A stretch of 64,000 nt of DNA from Microthyrium microscopicum (lineage: Eukaryota): the NCBI GenBank assembly GCA_010405405.1, contig MU004236.1, forward strand, positions 1,060,070-1,124,069, written 5' to 3'. The position numbers and the translations under genes were made by a program. How positions within the stretch are numbered: the first letter of the stretch is position 1; every line of letters starts with the position of its first letter. Positions 13,582 through 27,251 of the stretch are shown here, in pieces. Below the pieces are notes generated by a model, which worked only from the letters and a program-made list of their open reading frames with translations, was not told the origin of the DNA and did not search any database.

Positions 13582-14690
13582 TGCAGCTTGAGATGACAGA
13601 AAACTGGACTTGGCAAACGGCACGGATATCATCTATATGGTGGCTTTCATCTTATAGCCAAGATTTTGACATGCTCTAGCATGCGCACATTTTCACTTAC
13701 CACTTACTTCCATGAGCTCCCTTTAAGAACTAGTAGGGACCTGAGTAGGGCAGACCTTGTACGAAATAGCGATTGCGAGATGATCAACAGTGTTGGCGAG
13801 AGTTTAAATCTCTTGAAACCCCGCTGTGTAGGGTCAAAATAGATACATTCCATATCGATATATTGTTGTGGGACGACTTTGCGGTGATCTATTAGTTGCG
13901 CAGTTGGTCTTATAGAGAACCGTCAGGCAGGTGCAAGTGACAACGACAGCAAAGCAGGCGAATAGGGTCTCGTGGTAAAACACGACTTCACTTAGCATGT
14001 GCTCTTGAATAATAACGAACCTACGGGTCTCCTCGTGGTACGTATGTGCGTACATATTTATTGCTCACTTGACAGGTACGTATTATGGCACGTTCAGAGA
14101 CTAAACTTAAATGTTGGCAAAGCGATCCACGCATTCGGATTTTGGGAATATTGGCCACGCACTGTGGAATGGAATATTGAATCTATGCTCGTGCTACTTT
14201 TAGCTGACGGAGACGTTTGTAGACCTGAGGTTCTCTACTCCATTGTCTCCATTTTCTAAATATATCGTTTCGTGCCCAGCCAGGCCAAGCTCTCATCAAA
14301 ATTGACATTCAAATGTATTCTTACAGAAGTCATGCAAACCCCATTGAAGAGGAAGTCAATGGAATTGGATGTTCGTCAGTTTGGCAATTTACCCCATATT
14401 TTGTGCCCTGGAGAAATCGAGTGTCCAATATAATAAGCTTTTATTGATGAGGCTCCGCTTGCTTTAAACCTGGAATTAAGCCCCAAGTGACTACACGAAT
14501 CAGGAGTTTTACGCGAAATAGGAAGGTAGAGCTGGACTATCCCGGTGAACTGCTTCCTCATAGAGTCATGCTAGCCTGAACGTCCATTACTATTTTGCCA
14601 TGCGAGCCACGTTGTCCGCAGGTACAACCACGAATGCGATCTCAATTAGAGTACATTGAAGCAACGATCGACTATCAGCTGGTAGAAAAA

Positions 14691-15065
14691 ATGCCGAATG
14701 GTGGAGTTGACTTCTTTCCGACCTTTCATAACAAGGACAGCTACATTGAGCAGCAATATCCTACTCTACCTATACTGCACTATCCAGCTCTATTCATTGC
14801 AACCATTTGCCTTTATTTCAGTTGTTGTTGTTTTACTACCAAAGATCTGAACTTGGAAAATTGGAATAACTGCTCTTGCCTCCAGTCACTTCAACCCCTT
14901 TCCAGAACCCAACTCTCGGCAATCATCCGTGAGCCCATATCATGTGAAAGATGCAAACAATTACGGCGAAAGTTGGATCCTGGCAATTTCACGCTAGAAT
15001 ACTACCAACTGATCTTCGGGTTCGCCGTCTCCGTCATAGATCAACTCGATAAACGAGAAGCCTGA
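14691..15065 (+). CDS. Possible small orphan protein (Cys-containing); unsupported by homology
   Basis: Uninterrupted 124-codon ATG ORF (MPNGGVDFF...CERCK...) in an intergenic gap; no recognised motif. Confidence 0.2.
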   Translation: MPNGGVDFFPTFHNKDSYIEQQYPTLPILHYPALFIATICLYFSCCCFTTKDLNLENWNNCSCLQSLQPLSRTQLSAIIREPISCERCKQLRRKLDPGNFTLEYYQLIFGFAVSVIDQLDKREA

Positions 15066-15688
15066 AGAAAATTGCAGGCCTTCCTTCCTAGGAAACTAAA
15101 CCAGAATTGAATTTTGCCATGTGCTTTGCATGGCACAACGGCCTGCATGAGTCTGGGTTCAAGACCACTGTTGGATCGCTCCAACCACGCCAAAACGGCT
15201 TGTCCCAGCCTAACTCAGCACTTCTCTTGTTCGGCGCTCTGATTGGCTGAATGATCAACAAGCTTAGAGTCCTTTTCGGGTAGTCCCGCCTATCATATTG
15301 TAATGTTCTGCCAGACAATTCGAACGGAGTAAGATGAGGTTGCCTGTGAGCTTTGATTTATCATTGTATGGCCTCGTAAATTGCAGCCATGCCAAGATAC
15401 AAGCCTCAATTCTGTTTCATCCAGTGATGGATTTTGGTATCGTGAATAGGGGAATTTGCTTTTGATAAGCACTACTTGAACGTTTTTCAGATTTATTATA
15501 CTGAGACATGCACATAGAGAAATTGTAGCAAGGTTACTCTCCTTCTAGACATGCGTTCTATCGTGTCCTAAAACAACTTATCAAAAAGTCGAATTCTATG
15601 ACAGTCACTCTTCGTTCTTGATGTTTATGCTCACTCATTCACTCCTTAAAACTGCAGCCTTGCGTTCTGTCATTCATCCATTACCAAA

Positions 15689-17697
15689 ATGGGACCACTA
15701 TCATTAATATCTTTCTCATATTGGACATTATTTGTCCTGATACATAGGGCCTTCGCTATTGTACTTCAGGATATACCCCCGTCAGCACTACAACCACGAG
15801 GAATCTATGGGCGAAATACTGTTATGTCAGCCTTGGATTTGAGAAGCACAGAAAGCTTTCTTTGGGGAGGTTAGTCCGGAGATAGTCATTCTGTACCTGA
15901 TCAAGGATATCTGACCAGCATGATTCAGGTCCTAGCAACGGTTCGCTCACGGTTGGCAACCTCACAGTCTATGCGCCACATGAAGATGAAAATCTACTGT
16001 CAATGGAGAGATTCAATGGAATGCTATCTTCTATCGCATGCAGCAATACAACAGTCAATATGACCTTTAAAGACGATGACGCTTTTGCGTATGCCCAAAG
16101 AACGTGGGACTGGGTCAATGGTGCGGACAACCACAGGTACGTTTGACAGAAATCATTACTCAACGTTCGTCTATTAATTCTGAAGTAGTTTTGTGATGAT
16201 CGCATCGACAGGAGACTGCGGTTGGAACACTCATCGCCAACCGTTCTTGGTTAGCAATCTCACATACGACGAGCTTTCAAATAAAGCATTTCTCAACGCT
16301 ACTGTTCAGTCTTGGGAAGAAGCTATTCACACATATGAGCTTGATGTAGGCTCCTTGATGCCTCCCGAAGCTTCATCTTCTACCAAAGCTCGAAGGGCTA
16401 CAGACAAACAATTGACAATTCCCTTCGACTTCCCGTTACCACTAAGTCAATGGGTATTTCCAATTGACAAAGACAGCTCCGTTATTTTCGAGTGCGATAA
16501 TTGTGGTACACATGGTTCCTTCGCCTTCAATTTTCACATGGAAACATTTCTGTTCATCCCAACCAAAGCTCAAATTACCTTGTCACCAAGAAGTGTATTT
16601 GCAACTGTTTCGCCCCAAATATCGTTCAGTGCCAATTTCACAAGTACGAAGAACTTTGAATATGCGTTTCCACCAATTTCGCTTGATGGCATTTCAATAC
16701 CCGGAGGTATCATTGAGCTTGGGCCGGAACTGGTCATGTCTATCGGTATACAAGCAGGAGGTTTGAGAGGCTCAGCCACAGCTGGTGCAAGCGTCGCCGC
16801 TAGTTTGAACGATGATGCTCAAGTGACTGTCAATCTGCTGAAACCTGGAGTGTCAAAGACTGGTAATTGGGAGCCATCTTATACCACAAAACCTTTCATG
16901 CTGAGTGCTCAACTGTCAACCACCCTCAAAGCCTATGAAAAGAATAGCATTCAACTGGCAGCTAAAGCATTTGGTATGTATCTCCAACCTCTACTTGCTA
17001 AACTAACATCATGATAGGAATGGGATTCTCAGCCGGTCTCAATCTGTCACCGTATGTGTCGGCCACCTTCGCTGAAATCATTTGTAAGGAATGAATGTGA
17101 GCGCTTATTATCCAGTCGCTGACCCTTCAAGCTACTCAACCAGTGTGCTCTAATGACCAGCATCTGACTGGGGTCAAGATTGCTCCTGCCTATGGTGTAG
17201 AAGTTAGAGCCAGTGTCGTGATGACAACAATAAAATCAACTCCGCTTGTCGATGTCCAACTTTGGGTAAGTCTATAATATTGTGTTGCGAGCTATGATTG
17301 CTAACCATCAAAGGGACTGGAATACCCACTTCCTGGATTGTGCTACGGATTTGGGTTGACTATGACCAACAACACGTCTCCCGCAAGTTCGGGGACTTCT
17401 TTGGGAAAGAATACCACCGCCACTACTTTAAGCAGAGCAAAAGCATCAGCGACTCCTAAGCCTATGTCAAGCCACAACGCTTCAAACAGCTCGATTATAG
17501 CATCAAATTCTCATATCATGCCAAAAGTCACCGGCATCTCCCAGGCTCTAAGCAGCTCTATAGGCCTCAATAGTACCAAGACGCAGTCATTGCAGACTTC
17601 AAGTCAAAGGGAGCGGACACAATCTACCGCCTCTACTCTAATAATAGCAAGTTCGGCACATGAGAGCATGTTGTACAGGAATACTACTACAGCGTGA
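15689..17697 (+). CDS. Secreted protein of unknown function (DUF7029/DUF7223-like) with Ser/Thr-rich tail
   Basis: Signal peptide; conserved segments LDLRSTESFLWG, NLTVY, LLSMERF, TWDWVN, CGWNTHRQPF, CDNCGTHG, IPGGIIELGP; five GT-AG introns reconstructed in frame. Confidence 0.75.
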
Positions 17698-17850
17698 GTA
17701 GTTTGAGTTCATTAAAGGACTTTATCGCTCTTCTATATTTATATGATTGAATGATCTGTAATTTTAAATGATTAATACCCCTCTGGAGCGGCTGTTATAA
17801 AATTACAAACGCTTGAGGCATCTCGCATTACTCATAATTATTTTGAAACA

Positions 17851-19680
17851 TTATTCGTCAACAGGCGCGAATTTGGACATACGGCGCAGTGCTGGGCCGT
17901 ATTTCATGAAGACAAAAGGCACCGGCAATGCCAAAGCGGCGATTGCACCCAGAATACTCATGGAGACCCCTGGCCCAAGACGATTGAACCTTGTACCGGT
18001 GTTAGTATCTGGCGTCACAATGCTGATTGAATTACTTACATTGGTGCAGCAGCAAATGGCAACGCAGCGGCCAAGACGCTCCGAAGCAAAGTGTTTGCTG
18101 AAGTTGCGCTCGCGGCATATACGCGATAAGTATCGACAAGGAAGTTGATACATTGTTGGAATATTGTGTTGAAACCGGCACCGATGAATCCCGCGGCCAC
18201 AACAGAGACTGGCCACGGGATGCTTGGATCGGCTGTCCATCCAAAGACAAACAAGCCGATGACAAAAATGAATCCGCCCAGAGCCATTGGAGGTAGTCGT
18301 GCTTCAGGCACTGGCTTTCCTCCAGCCTTTTCAACTGCTCGAGCATATCGTGGCTGATTTGAAAGATTTATGCCCAGAGCTGCGAGTACGCCTACGAATA
18401 GAGCAGCGAATGGAAGGCAGCTGTTGAGTAATGACCATCCACGATTCTGATGATATACAATAGGGAAAAATTGAAGTGTCATGTACAAAATGCCAAAAAC
18501 AACTTTGGGGTGTTAGCTGCGATCTGCGATTCAGAGTACACAAGGGTTGTTCAACTTACATGAGGCATACAAAGCAATGCATGTGACCATTGGCTCGGTC
18601 AGAAGCATTTTCACAGGTCGTGCAAAATGCTTGGTGACAACAGCTTTGAAGGTCATCTCCTTATGAAGTGCTTCATGAGGATGATACCATCTGCTATCAC
18701 CGGTTTCTTTTCGAAGCTTTTCCGCTCGTTTCCGCAAAAGATATGGCGCATAAACCTCTGGGAGGCAGAAGCAGCAAAGTACAAACACGACAAAGGTAAA
18801 TATTGCTTGCACATATCTGACAGAATTAGCATTCAGCAGCAAGATGAACGTGTTCATACGTACTCAGTCCAACGCCATGAAACAGTTTGGGTTAAAGCAC
18901 CACCGAGTACAGGTGCCAGGGTTGGTCCACCAACAACGGCGATTGCGTATAACGACATGGCTGTTCCGCGGACTTTGGCGGTCCATATGTCCCCAAGAGC
19001 CTTGAATTGGTTATTAGGTAAAGGATCTGATATTAATTGATATGTTATTACTTACAGCTGCAACATTGCTCACTGGAGCTGCCCCAAATATTCCTCCGAG
19101 GAGTCTTGTAATCATGATGCTAGCAGTTGATTTGCTGGCGCCAGTACCAACGCTGAGTAATGCAAGACACAGAACTGCCGGAAGCAAACTGACTCTGTAA
19201 ACAAATATGTTAGCTGAGGGAAACCAATATGGGGAGTAAAGAAGAGTACCTTCTTCCCCAGAGCTCGCTGATAGGCGCCCATATGGAGGGCCCTATTATG
19301 AAGCCTGTGACATATAACGAGATAGTCAAGACAGTTGCCTCGCCACTGATGTTGAACTCCTTAGCAATCTGATCTTCACCAGGAGCTATGATAGCAGAGG
19401 CAGCAGAACCAGCCAGAGCCAACATGCCCAGTTGGAAAGTAATCCAACTCTTCTTTTTCGTTGACCAATTGTAAGGATTTTCGGGGTCATTGTCTTTCCA
19501 TTTAACTTCTAGACGTTCTAGCGGGGTTCTGATTCGTTCGATTTTCTCAGCGTCTCGAGTTACCACTCGTGGTAATGCACTCTCCTCATCATAATCTTCA
19601 ACTGCATCAAGGCCATGTTCTTTATCTTTGGGTGCTTCATCGAACGATTTTGACGACAAGGAAAGACGTGGATCCGCCAT
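17851..19680 (-). CDS. MFS drug:H+ antiporter (DHA1 family)
   Basis: WKDNDPENPYNWS, GPSIWAPISELWGRR, WRWT, LPEVY, PEARLP, YGPALRRMSKF; five introns. Confidence 0.93.
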
Positions 19681-20440
19681 TTCTGAATGAAGAGTTTTCT
19701 GGATTTACATCAATCCAGGCAGAATACTGATATCCCTCGCCATATTTATCAGTCTACGTATCAACGATGTCGGTTGCGGTCGACGCGGCTGTTCGGCAGC
19801 CCACTAAGACCGGGAGGCGCCGCATTTTTTTTTAATCCCGGGCTTCGCCATCATCGACTCTACGATGGTAATCCGGTTTTCAGGTCGATTGCCATTCTGC
19901 TCCTAAACCCAAAGGAATGTGCAGCAAAAGGGTTAGAAGGATTGGAAATCGCCCTCAGGCATACATTGATAGGATTTTCAAACTTGGCGATTCATACCCA
20001 CCAGGCAAGTAGCTTGGATTAGTCTAAATGTAGATTTCGTTTCGTCTATTCGATCCTGCATGATGACTGTCCATGATTGGCATGTGGCGTTTAAAATCGC
20101 GCTGCGGGTTTTGCGGTGCGAACACGGCAGCTATGCGATATCGGGTGAGTTATGCAACTGGCTGCGTGCAGTAGTCACTGGCTTCTGTTTTTGGCCCTTA
20201 GTAAAACTAGAAATAGCATGCTTTCAAGCTCTTTGGACTGAAGAAAGTATCAAACAGATATCAGAATGAGACAAGAGGTTGGAATAGAGATGTCATGACT
20301 CAAAAAGCCCTTGTCAGACAAGGCTGAAAACTTGGCAGCCTTGTCCTACATTGAGCCAACGTTTTTGTATTACCTCATATTATTCTAGCGCTAAGAGATA
20401 GAAATTATCTAAAATCTGTTCGATAAATCGTCAATTACAC

Positions 20441-21965
20441 TCAAAGCTTACTCTGGACTTGACAAGCAGGTAAAAAGTCACCATTAGTGACACGTCCGCA
20501 CAGTTCCAAGAGCAAATGTCCTCCTCTCTCGAAATCTGCTTCTTCCAAGTACACTTGAGCAGACAATCGGGTCCAAAATACTCCGGCATACCAAAGTACA
20601 ACCATGGAGGTATTATGCTGGTAGAAAAGAGTTCGCAACATCCAATCTCGGATCGCTGCGATCATTTCATCGCCTTTGAGGGTACTTCCACGGGTCTCTG
20701 CCATTGACTGGATCGCAGCAGCGTCTAGTGGTAGGCGAACATTGCTGAAGGCACAATTCTGTAGGGTGTTGTCTTCGTTCTCCAGTACTTCAGTGCCTAG
20801 TATTTTGCACACGATCTGCCCGGAGCGACGAGCGAGTGTCCAGAGATAGTCTGCAACAGCTTCTTCACCACCTAGTCTCTCCTTTCGATACTGGATGGCC
20901 CTTGGTACGCACAGATACGGTGCATTGTCAATGGTACCTACAAACTCAAAGTTGACCACAAAAGGGGACTTATTGTTTGTGGGAAGAGGGTTGTAAGCTG
21001 CTGCCGCGCCTGGCCTGGGTGTTGGAATGAAACCATGTGAGGTTGGGATTGTGGACCGCATCATTGAGTGATGTTTGGTAGGTACGTAGAGTACGGCGCA
21101 GCCTCGCGGTACGTAAAGCCACCTGTAGGAAATAAGTCAAGTGTTTTAGTTTCGTATGGTAGTACTTACTTGTGACAATTGCTAACGAAAAAGTCTGGTT
21201 GCAGTATGCTCATATCGACGTCTTTGGGTTTCAACATTCCTATAGCATGGGCTGCGTCCATACAGCTCAAAATTCCTTCCCTCTTGCACACTGCCAGAAA
21301 CCGCTCGTAGGGCATGCGAACGCCCGGCATAGACACTACAGTGTCGAACAAGGCAAGCCGAGGGTTCTTTCCCTGGTTTCGTATCTCGCTGATAGCATCC
21401 TGGAGAGAGTCGACTAGAAATGTATCACTGACAGGATATGTGTACTGTATCTTGAAGTCTTCTGCAGGAGTCGTCTCTGTGATATATGTCACGGATTTCT
21501 GACAGGCTCCATACGTGGTAGCGAAGTAGATAATGACATCTCCAGGTTGAAATACCAAATTTCGGAGAATAGTGTTGATTCCAGTAGTGGCATTGGGCAC
21601 GACTATACAGCGAATCAGCGTCAAGGTTTTAAACCAGTTACTTAGAGACTGTACAAACAACCTCTCCAACAGGAGCATTTAGCAGCTTTGCTACTTCGGC
21701 CCTAGCTTCATCTAACAGCACGGGGTAGTCGTAGAAGATGAATGGGTCTGGTCGTGCTTCTACTTGGTCCTGAAAGCTACGAAAAGTGTCTCTGACAGTA
21801 AGAGGATATGTGCCAAAAGATCCTACATTTGTGGTTAGGCACCGGTTTGTTAAAATTCTTCATTGTTTACATACCATGGTTCATATTCGTAAAGTCCTTT
21901 GCAAACAAGAAATCAGATCGCAGCTTACGCCCATATCTCTGGCTGCTCAATTCTTGAGTTTGCAT
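20441..21965 (-). CDS. PLP-dependent class V aminotransferase-fold C-S lyase (Egt2 hercynylcysteine sulfoxide lyase/LolT-like), C-terminal SKL
   Basis: ATG 21965; NMNHG|SFGTYP, EVVF|VPNATTGINTILRNL, DAAHAIG, DFFVSNCHK|WLYVPRGCAVLYV (PLP Lys), WTRLSAQVYLE; ends QVQSKL*. Confidence 0.88.
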
Positions 21966-22974
21966 TTTCAATGACGATCAAGAACCAAGATTTTAACCGA
22001 AAAGTTGGACCTTTGGAATGTGTCAACGAGCCAGTACTTATCAATGGGATCGTATTTCCTGTCGACTCATCTCATCGAGTCATTGTACTATCACCCGTGT
22101 TCAGAATTCAACTTTTCGAATGGAGTCACAACATCTGAATGCACGAATCTACTGCAGTGTCAATTGAAGGGCGCGCGATTGCGGAGGAAATGACCAATCA
22201 ATTGCCCTCTTTAACCTTGTAGCACGATTTTGGCTCAATGGATCCTGGCACCATCCGACGCAAACCGCTTGAATCCATATACATGTATTACTCTAGCCAC
22301 TCCATTGTCAAGCTCTCCAACTTCAGGTCGGCGGTGAGAGAATGGAACTCGCACGTATAGAAGACCCTGTTTACAATCAACTCAATGGGTGCGAACCGCG
22401 GCTTCATGCGTTTTCTTGCATAAAGTTTCATACTTCTCTTGGCTAACCGCCAAGGTTGAAGATGAGTGGTTAAGAAATGATAGATGTTTATCGTTTAATT
22501 CATATCTCATTTCTCCTGGCTTCTAGCTCAGATACCGAATCCTAATATAGCACAATGCGGAAAAGCATCTACTTTACAAGTGCACAGCATGCAAAAATTG
22601 GAAAAAAAAATGCAAGAATTTTGGGAAAGGTTGCTCGTCTAGCACAACAAGGCTACACAATGCCTGAACCCGTGAAAAAAATGTATGAGAAGTTGAAAAT
22701 TTTGACAAGTACCATAAGGTAAATTTTTATTCTCGCACATCAAGAAAATGGCGAAGCAAAGCTTGCATAACAAACTTGCCTAAAATTTGTGAAACGAAGG
22801 GAAGAACTTTGAACAAAATTCAAGATGAAGCGTACAGCAGAAACTCGTCTGCTGTGAGAAGTTGAATGGTAGGGTTGGGTATCTTCGATGCCGTCGTTGC
22901 GACAGGTCTATGATGGAAAAATTGACGCTTCGCTCTCATCTCAAATGCAAAATGGCCTCATCCTACATGAAGAC

Positions 22975-24180
22975 CTATATCCTCTTCACGTCTCCTGACA
23001 TCTGCGCTCGGATAGCGCTGCGATATTGTTCTCGGAATTGTATCCTTCCAAGTGTGCCAAGGCCAACTGCGGTAGAGAAGCCCACTAGCCATACTAGAGC
23101 GACGATGAGGCCAACTGGAAAGACGCCGAGAGATAGACCGGGAACGATGAAGGGTGTTGGCAAGCCCTGGGCAGCAGCAGCAAGTTTTTCGGCTGGTTTG
23201 TCGAGGAGATATTTTGGATCGGTAAGGTTTCCAGTGGCGGTAGCAAAGACGCCGGCGACAAATGAAGCCTGATTTGAGGAGACGTCAGTGCTGATTGTTT
23301 GTTTAGTTGATGGGCTAACGGCTGATATCGAAATCTGAGGTGTAAGAATGGTCTTGAAAGAATCCCTGTGAATGTTAGAGAAGAGCACCAAGTCTATGCG
23401 CTCATGAACTTACTGGCTCATCCCGGGAGTAAAGGAAGCCGGAGATATTTGACCAACATATTTGCGCACCGAGATTTCCATTGGTATGAAATTGCCAGCA
23501 GCACCAGTAGTAGCCGTAGGAGTGGATTGTCGTTCAATAAGTGCTCGCTTGACTGGCAGAGTGCCATCCGATGCTTGCACAGAAGCAGACTGGAATTTAA
23601 AGGTAACCATCATGTTTGTTGCCGACGTCCCAGCAAAGTCCCCAGATGGCATGGATACATTGAAAATGCGGAGTTCGGCCTCAAAGGTTCCCTTCTGAGT
23701 ATCCAAGAACGGGACGTTATAGCATGCGACCATTCCCGAGGGGTTTCCAGCCTGACCATTTAGCTTCATCACAACTCCTGAGCATGCCTGATCCGCTTGA
23801 GCATTCCATGTTGCTGGATCAGCTGCTTGAGTGACTGCAGCCAAGCTTGACAACGCAACACTCCCTGTCGGTATATCCGCCGCCGGTAATGATGTTACTT
23901 CCACACCGCCTGCTAATGTAAATCCAGCCGGGATGGTGACAGTCGGCCATAATGGAGCGTTGAAAACATCGCCAGTTGATACCGCCGGAAAGGAAGTTTC
24001 TGATGATGCAACTCTTTTATAGAGTGGAATGGTTCGACTTGGTTCGGGGTCTCTCTTCATATGAAGATGGAGGTCTGCATGGCGACGATGAAGACCATGA
24101 GCAATATCATGGCCGAAGGCAGCGGAACAGAGGACGGTTGCGGAGAAAACGGCGCCCCCTACCGCGGCCTCTAGCCGCAT
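22975..24180 (-). CDS. Secreted/single-pass membrane protein of unknown function
   Basis: Signal peptide, several KR (Kex2-type) sites, NPSGMVACYNVPFLD...FEAELR core; one intron (23366-23413); C-terminal TM GVFPVGLIVALVW followed by GTLGRIQFREQYR. Confidence 0.75.
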
Positions 24181-27100
24181 GTCGATTGAGTTTTCACAAA
24201 GAAGGATAGGTTGAGAGCCGGAGATCGTTATATCGGTCCAAGGCGAGAGGAGAGTATAAAAGCGCAGGTTCGCTCAGCGAAATCCAGATTGAAAGCGCCG
24301 AAGCGAGTGTGAATACATGAATGCTGCACAGCAGCTGGTGTAAGAAGACGCACAAATGGACCAGCCCCCGTCGAAGATCGTGGTGTTGAGGATGATGCAA
24401 GAGGAGAGAGGGTGGACAAGAGACTAGATGCACGGGAGGATCATGGGGCATTAAGCATGTCGTCGCGGCAGAGGAGAGAACGCCCCCTTGTGGAACAAGA
24501 TCAGGCCAAAATGAGTGCAGGGCCAGCAAGACGAAAGGCTGGATCAGACAAACAAATTGCGGGCGCCTGGCATGCGTGGACTCGGTAGGCCGTGTGTTTC
24601 CGCCTGCAAGACGAGCGCAAAACGAACAATGGTAGGTTTAGGAGTGCAGTAGCAATTTGAACGAGCAAAAACCAGTGCGTGAAATGCAGTCTGGCACAGC
24701 CTGACACTCGTGGTGGATCAGCCTCTGTTGGTGTTTTCGGCCTAGAGCGAATCGCATGCTGTCTCAGGGGATCCCGCGCTGCAAGGACACCATGAACACG
24801 CCTCTCAACCAACCACTGGGCATTGCCCCCCTGACGCCCGTTCTTCTTTGCAGCGAGCCTGAGCGAGGACCAGTTGGATCTTGGGCGAGTATGGATGAGC
24901 ATGGATAACCAACGTCCAGGGCGAGCCATTTGCAGCCAGTGATGTGGAGTCGTGAGTCCACTCTGGTGCTCTTGCTTGAAGGTTGTAATTCTCAACTAAC
25001 CGCTTTGGTGGTCCGAGATCCATACTGAGCGCTTGAAATGTCCGTAGGCCCTGTCGTGTGCCTGTCCAACTCAGGCACCATCATCAAGCCATTGGATGCG
25101 AGTAGTCGTAATCTCCAGGAAAATGACAGCTAACGGCCACGACGAGGTCGATAACCCTGCGTCAGTCCGCCCTCTAGATCCCCCTCCCCTGCTGACGTGC
25201 GTTCGACGCCTCCAAATTTCCCATATCCCTTGTATAACACATAGAGATATCCGATATCCTGATATCTACTACTCTCCACTCGCTTTTCAATGTATAGGCG
25301 GTTTCTGCGCAGTTTGAAGGCGCTCGGCAGCAGTATCACCCCTCGCAAGTGGTGATGAGATACGAATGGTACTACGGAGTATGTGAAAGGTACAGGTATA
25401 TCCGTTGCAGCCGCGATCAACCACAGCGATTATCACAACTGCTTCATCTTAGATCAACCTTGCTATGAATGGCTTTGACAGATCTTAGCATAGCGCTATC
25501 CGCTTTTCGAACAGGTTCACACCAAATGGCCGGTAGCATGGTGTGGCAGTCTCTATTTGCTGCAGTGCCCTGGATCTGGTACCTGGTTCTCGTCTCTTAT
25601 CCAGAAATGGCATGTGGAGCTTCTTTTTTCAGATCATGAAACATGGTCAAGGGTGAAAATGGGTAGAGAGACTTCCGTTACCAAGCGCCCAATGATAGTA
25701 TATCATATCTCTTGGCCTTGTTGCAGTCAACGCCATTGTTTATCAAGTTCAATAGGATTTCAACCATTAATTTTATCTGAGGATGGGCGACTATTATTGC
25801 GCTGATGGTAGCAAGGTGTTGACACAACAGAACGTATTCGTGTGAAACTATCTGATGGACTCGCCTGTACTGCAATAATCCACTTTGACTCGTCATTCCT
25901 TCTACATGGGATTGGGACGTACCTTTAAACCTTATGCCACTGGCCCGGGACCACAGTATTCATCCTCTAACCTCAACATAGGTACCCAGGTACAACGCTT
26001 CTCACCACGAGGCCGCGCTCCTGATATAGATGCAATGAAAATCTTGGAACAACCACGCCATACATTTTCTAGTACATGCGTTTTGAGCTTGGTAAGTCCT
26101 TCAAACATATTTGGCCCAATCGGTCAGGCTCGAAATTTGTGTATCTCGCCTATATTGCGAGGCTTTATTGTACGTTCGCTATATGCTTTGAAGCTTAACT
26201 TTGGAAGTTTCTATATTTTTTTGGGCTCGTAGTTATGTGGCAAGTGATGGATATACCGGTTCTGTCTACCGCGTTAGCTTGCACAGTAGTTAGTTTTCTA
26301 AACTTTATGAAATCCACGACTCTTAGCAGATCGACATGGTCGCGGGATCGAGATATCTTACTCAACTCGCACGGCACAGAAATCCAATGGCTCGTTACGG
26401 AATCTGTATGATAAGACTGAGTCAGTCAGCACACAATCAAATCCTTGGAATCCTTTAGGATCATTACGGGAGATCTCAGCTTTGGCGAGGGGTTTAAGCA
26501 CCCCAGATGCGTAGTGTGCGAAAACAAATGTGAATGCAGATCCAGTGGATTTTTATTTAGGGATGCGCCTATTGCAGTATGGCAACCAGGAATGGGATCC
26601 TGAAAACTCTGGCTAACTTCGGCCTTCTTGGACACCGGTACATTAAGAAACAAGTCTAATGACAATGAGGAAAAAAAATATATCGATGTCGTTGGGCAGG
26701 AACACAACGGAAAAGCTTGATTCCGTTATCGATCTCAAAAGAAGACCATAGATCAGTTGAGAGATTTTACAAGCCCCCACTGTATCGTATCGGTCCTTTC
26801 CGTGTGGATATCAATTATCATCAACAAAAGTCTCTCGCAACCTGTTGAGAGTATGTGATGTTTACCTCTAGCTTGTAATCTTACCTGAATAATTAGACTG
26901 CTCAGCTTCCATTGACGGGACTGGACAAGTAGAATTTTGGAATGGTGTGAAGTTGGCTGATCGACTTTTGAAGCATTTCAAAATCCCAAAGAGGAAGTCG
27001 CGATGCATGACGTGACCCTAGGCCGCTTAGGGCTTAGCTTTAAAACGCAACTCCACCTGCAGATTATCGCGAGTGACGAGTTCAATGTCGTTGAGTTCCT

Positions 27101-27251
27101 AGCCCATCGCTGATAGAAAACACCCGGCCACTTGAATTTGTACGGAGTGGTCAGATGAGCGAATATCCCCTCTCAGCCGGCCGAGAATTTGGCCACTAAT
27201 CGTGCTGCAACGATCGCGGTTGAATTGTAGCCTTCATTCAAAACCACAAAA

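Noticed and set aside
24300..27100. Short ORFs in the large intergenic gap
   Set aside because: No recognisable domains, coherent exon structure or codon pattern; a degraded gene cannot be excluded without a homology search.
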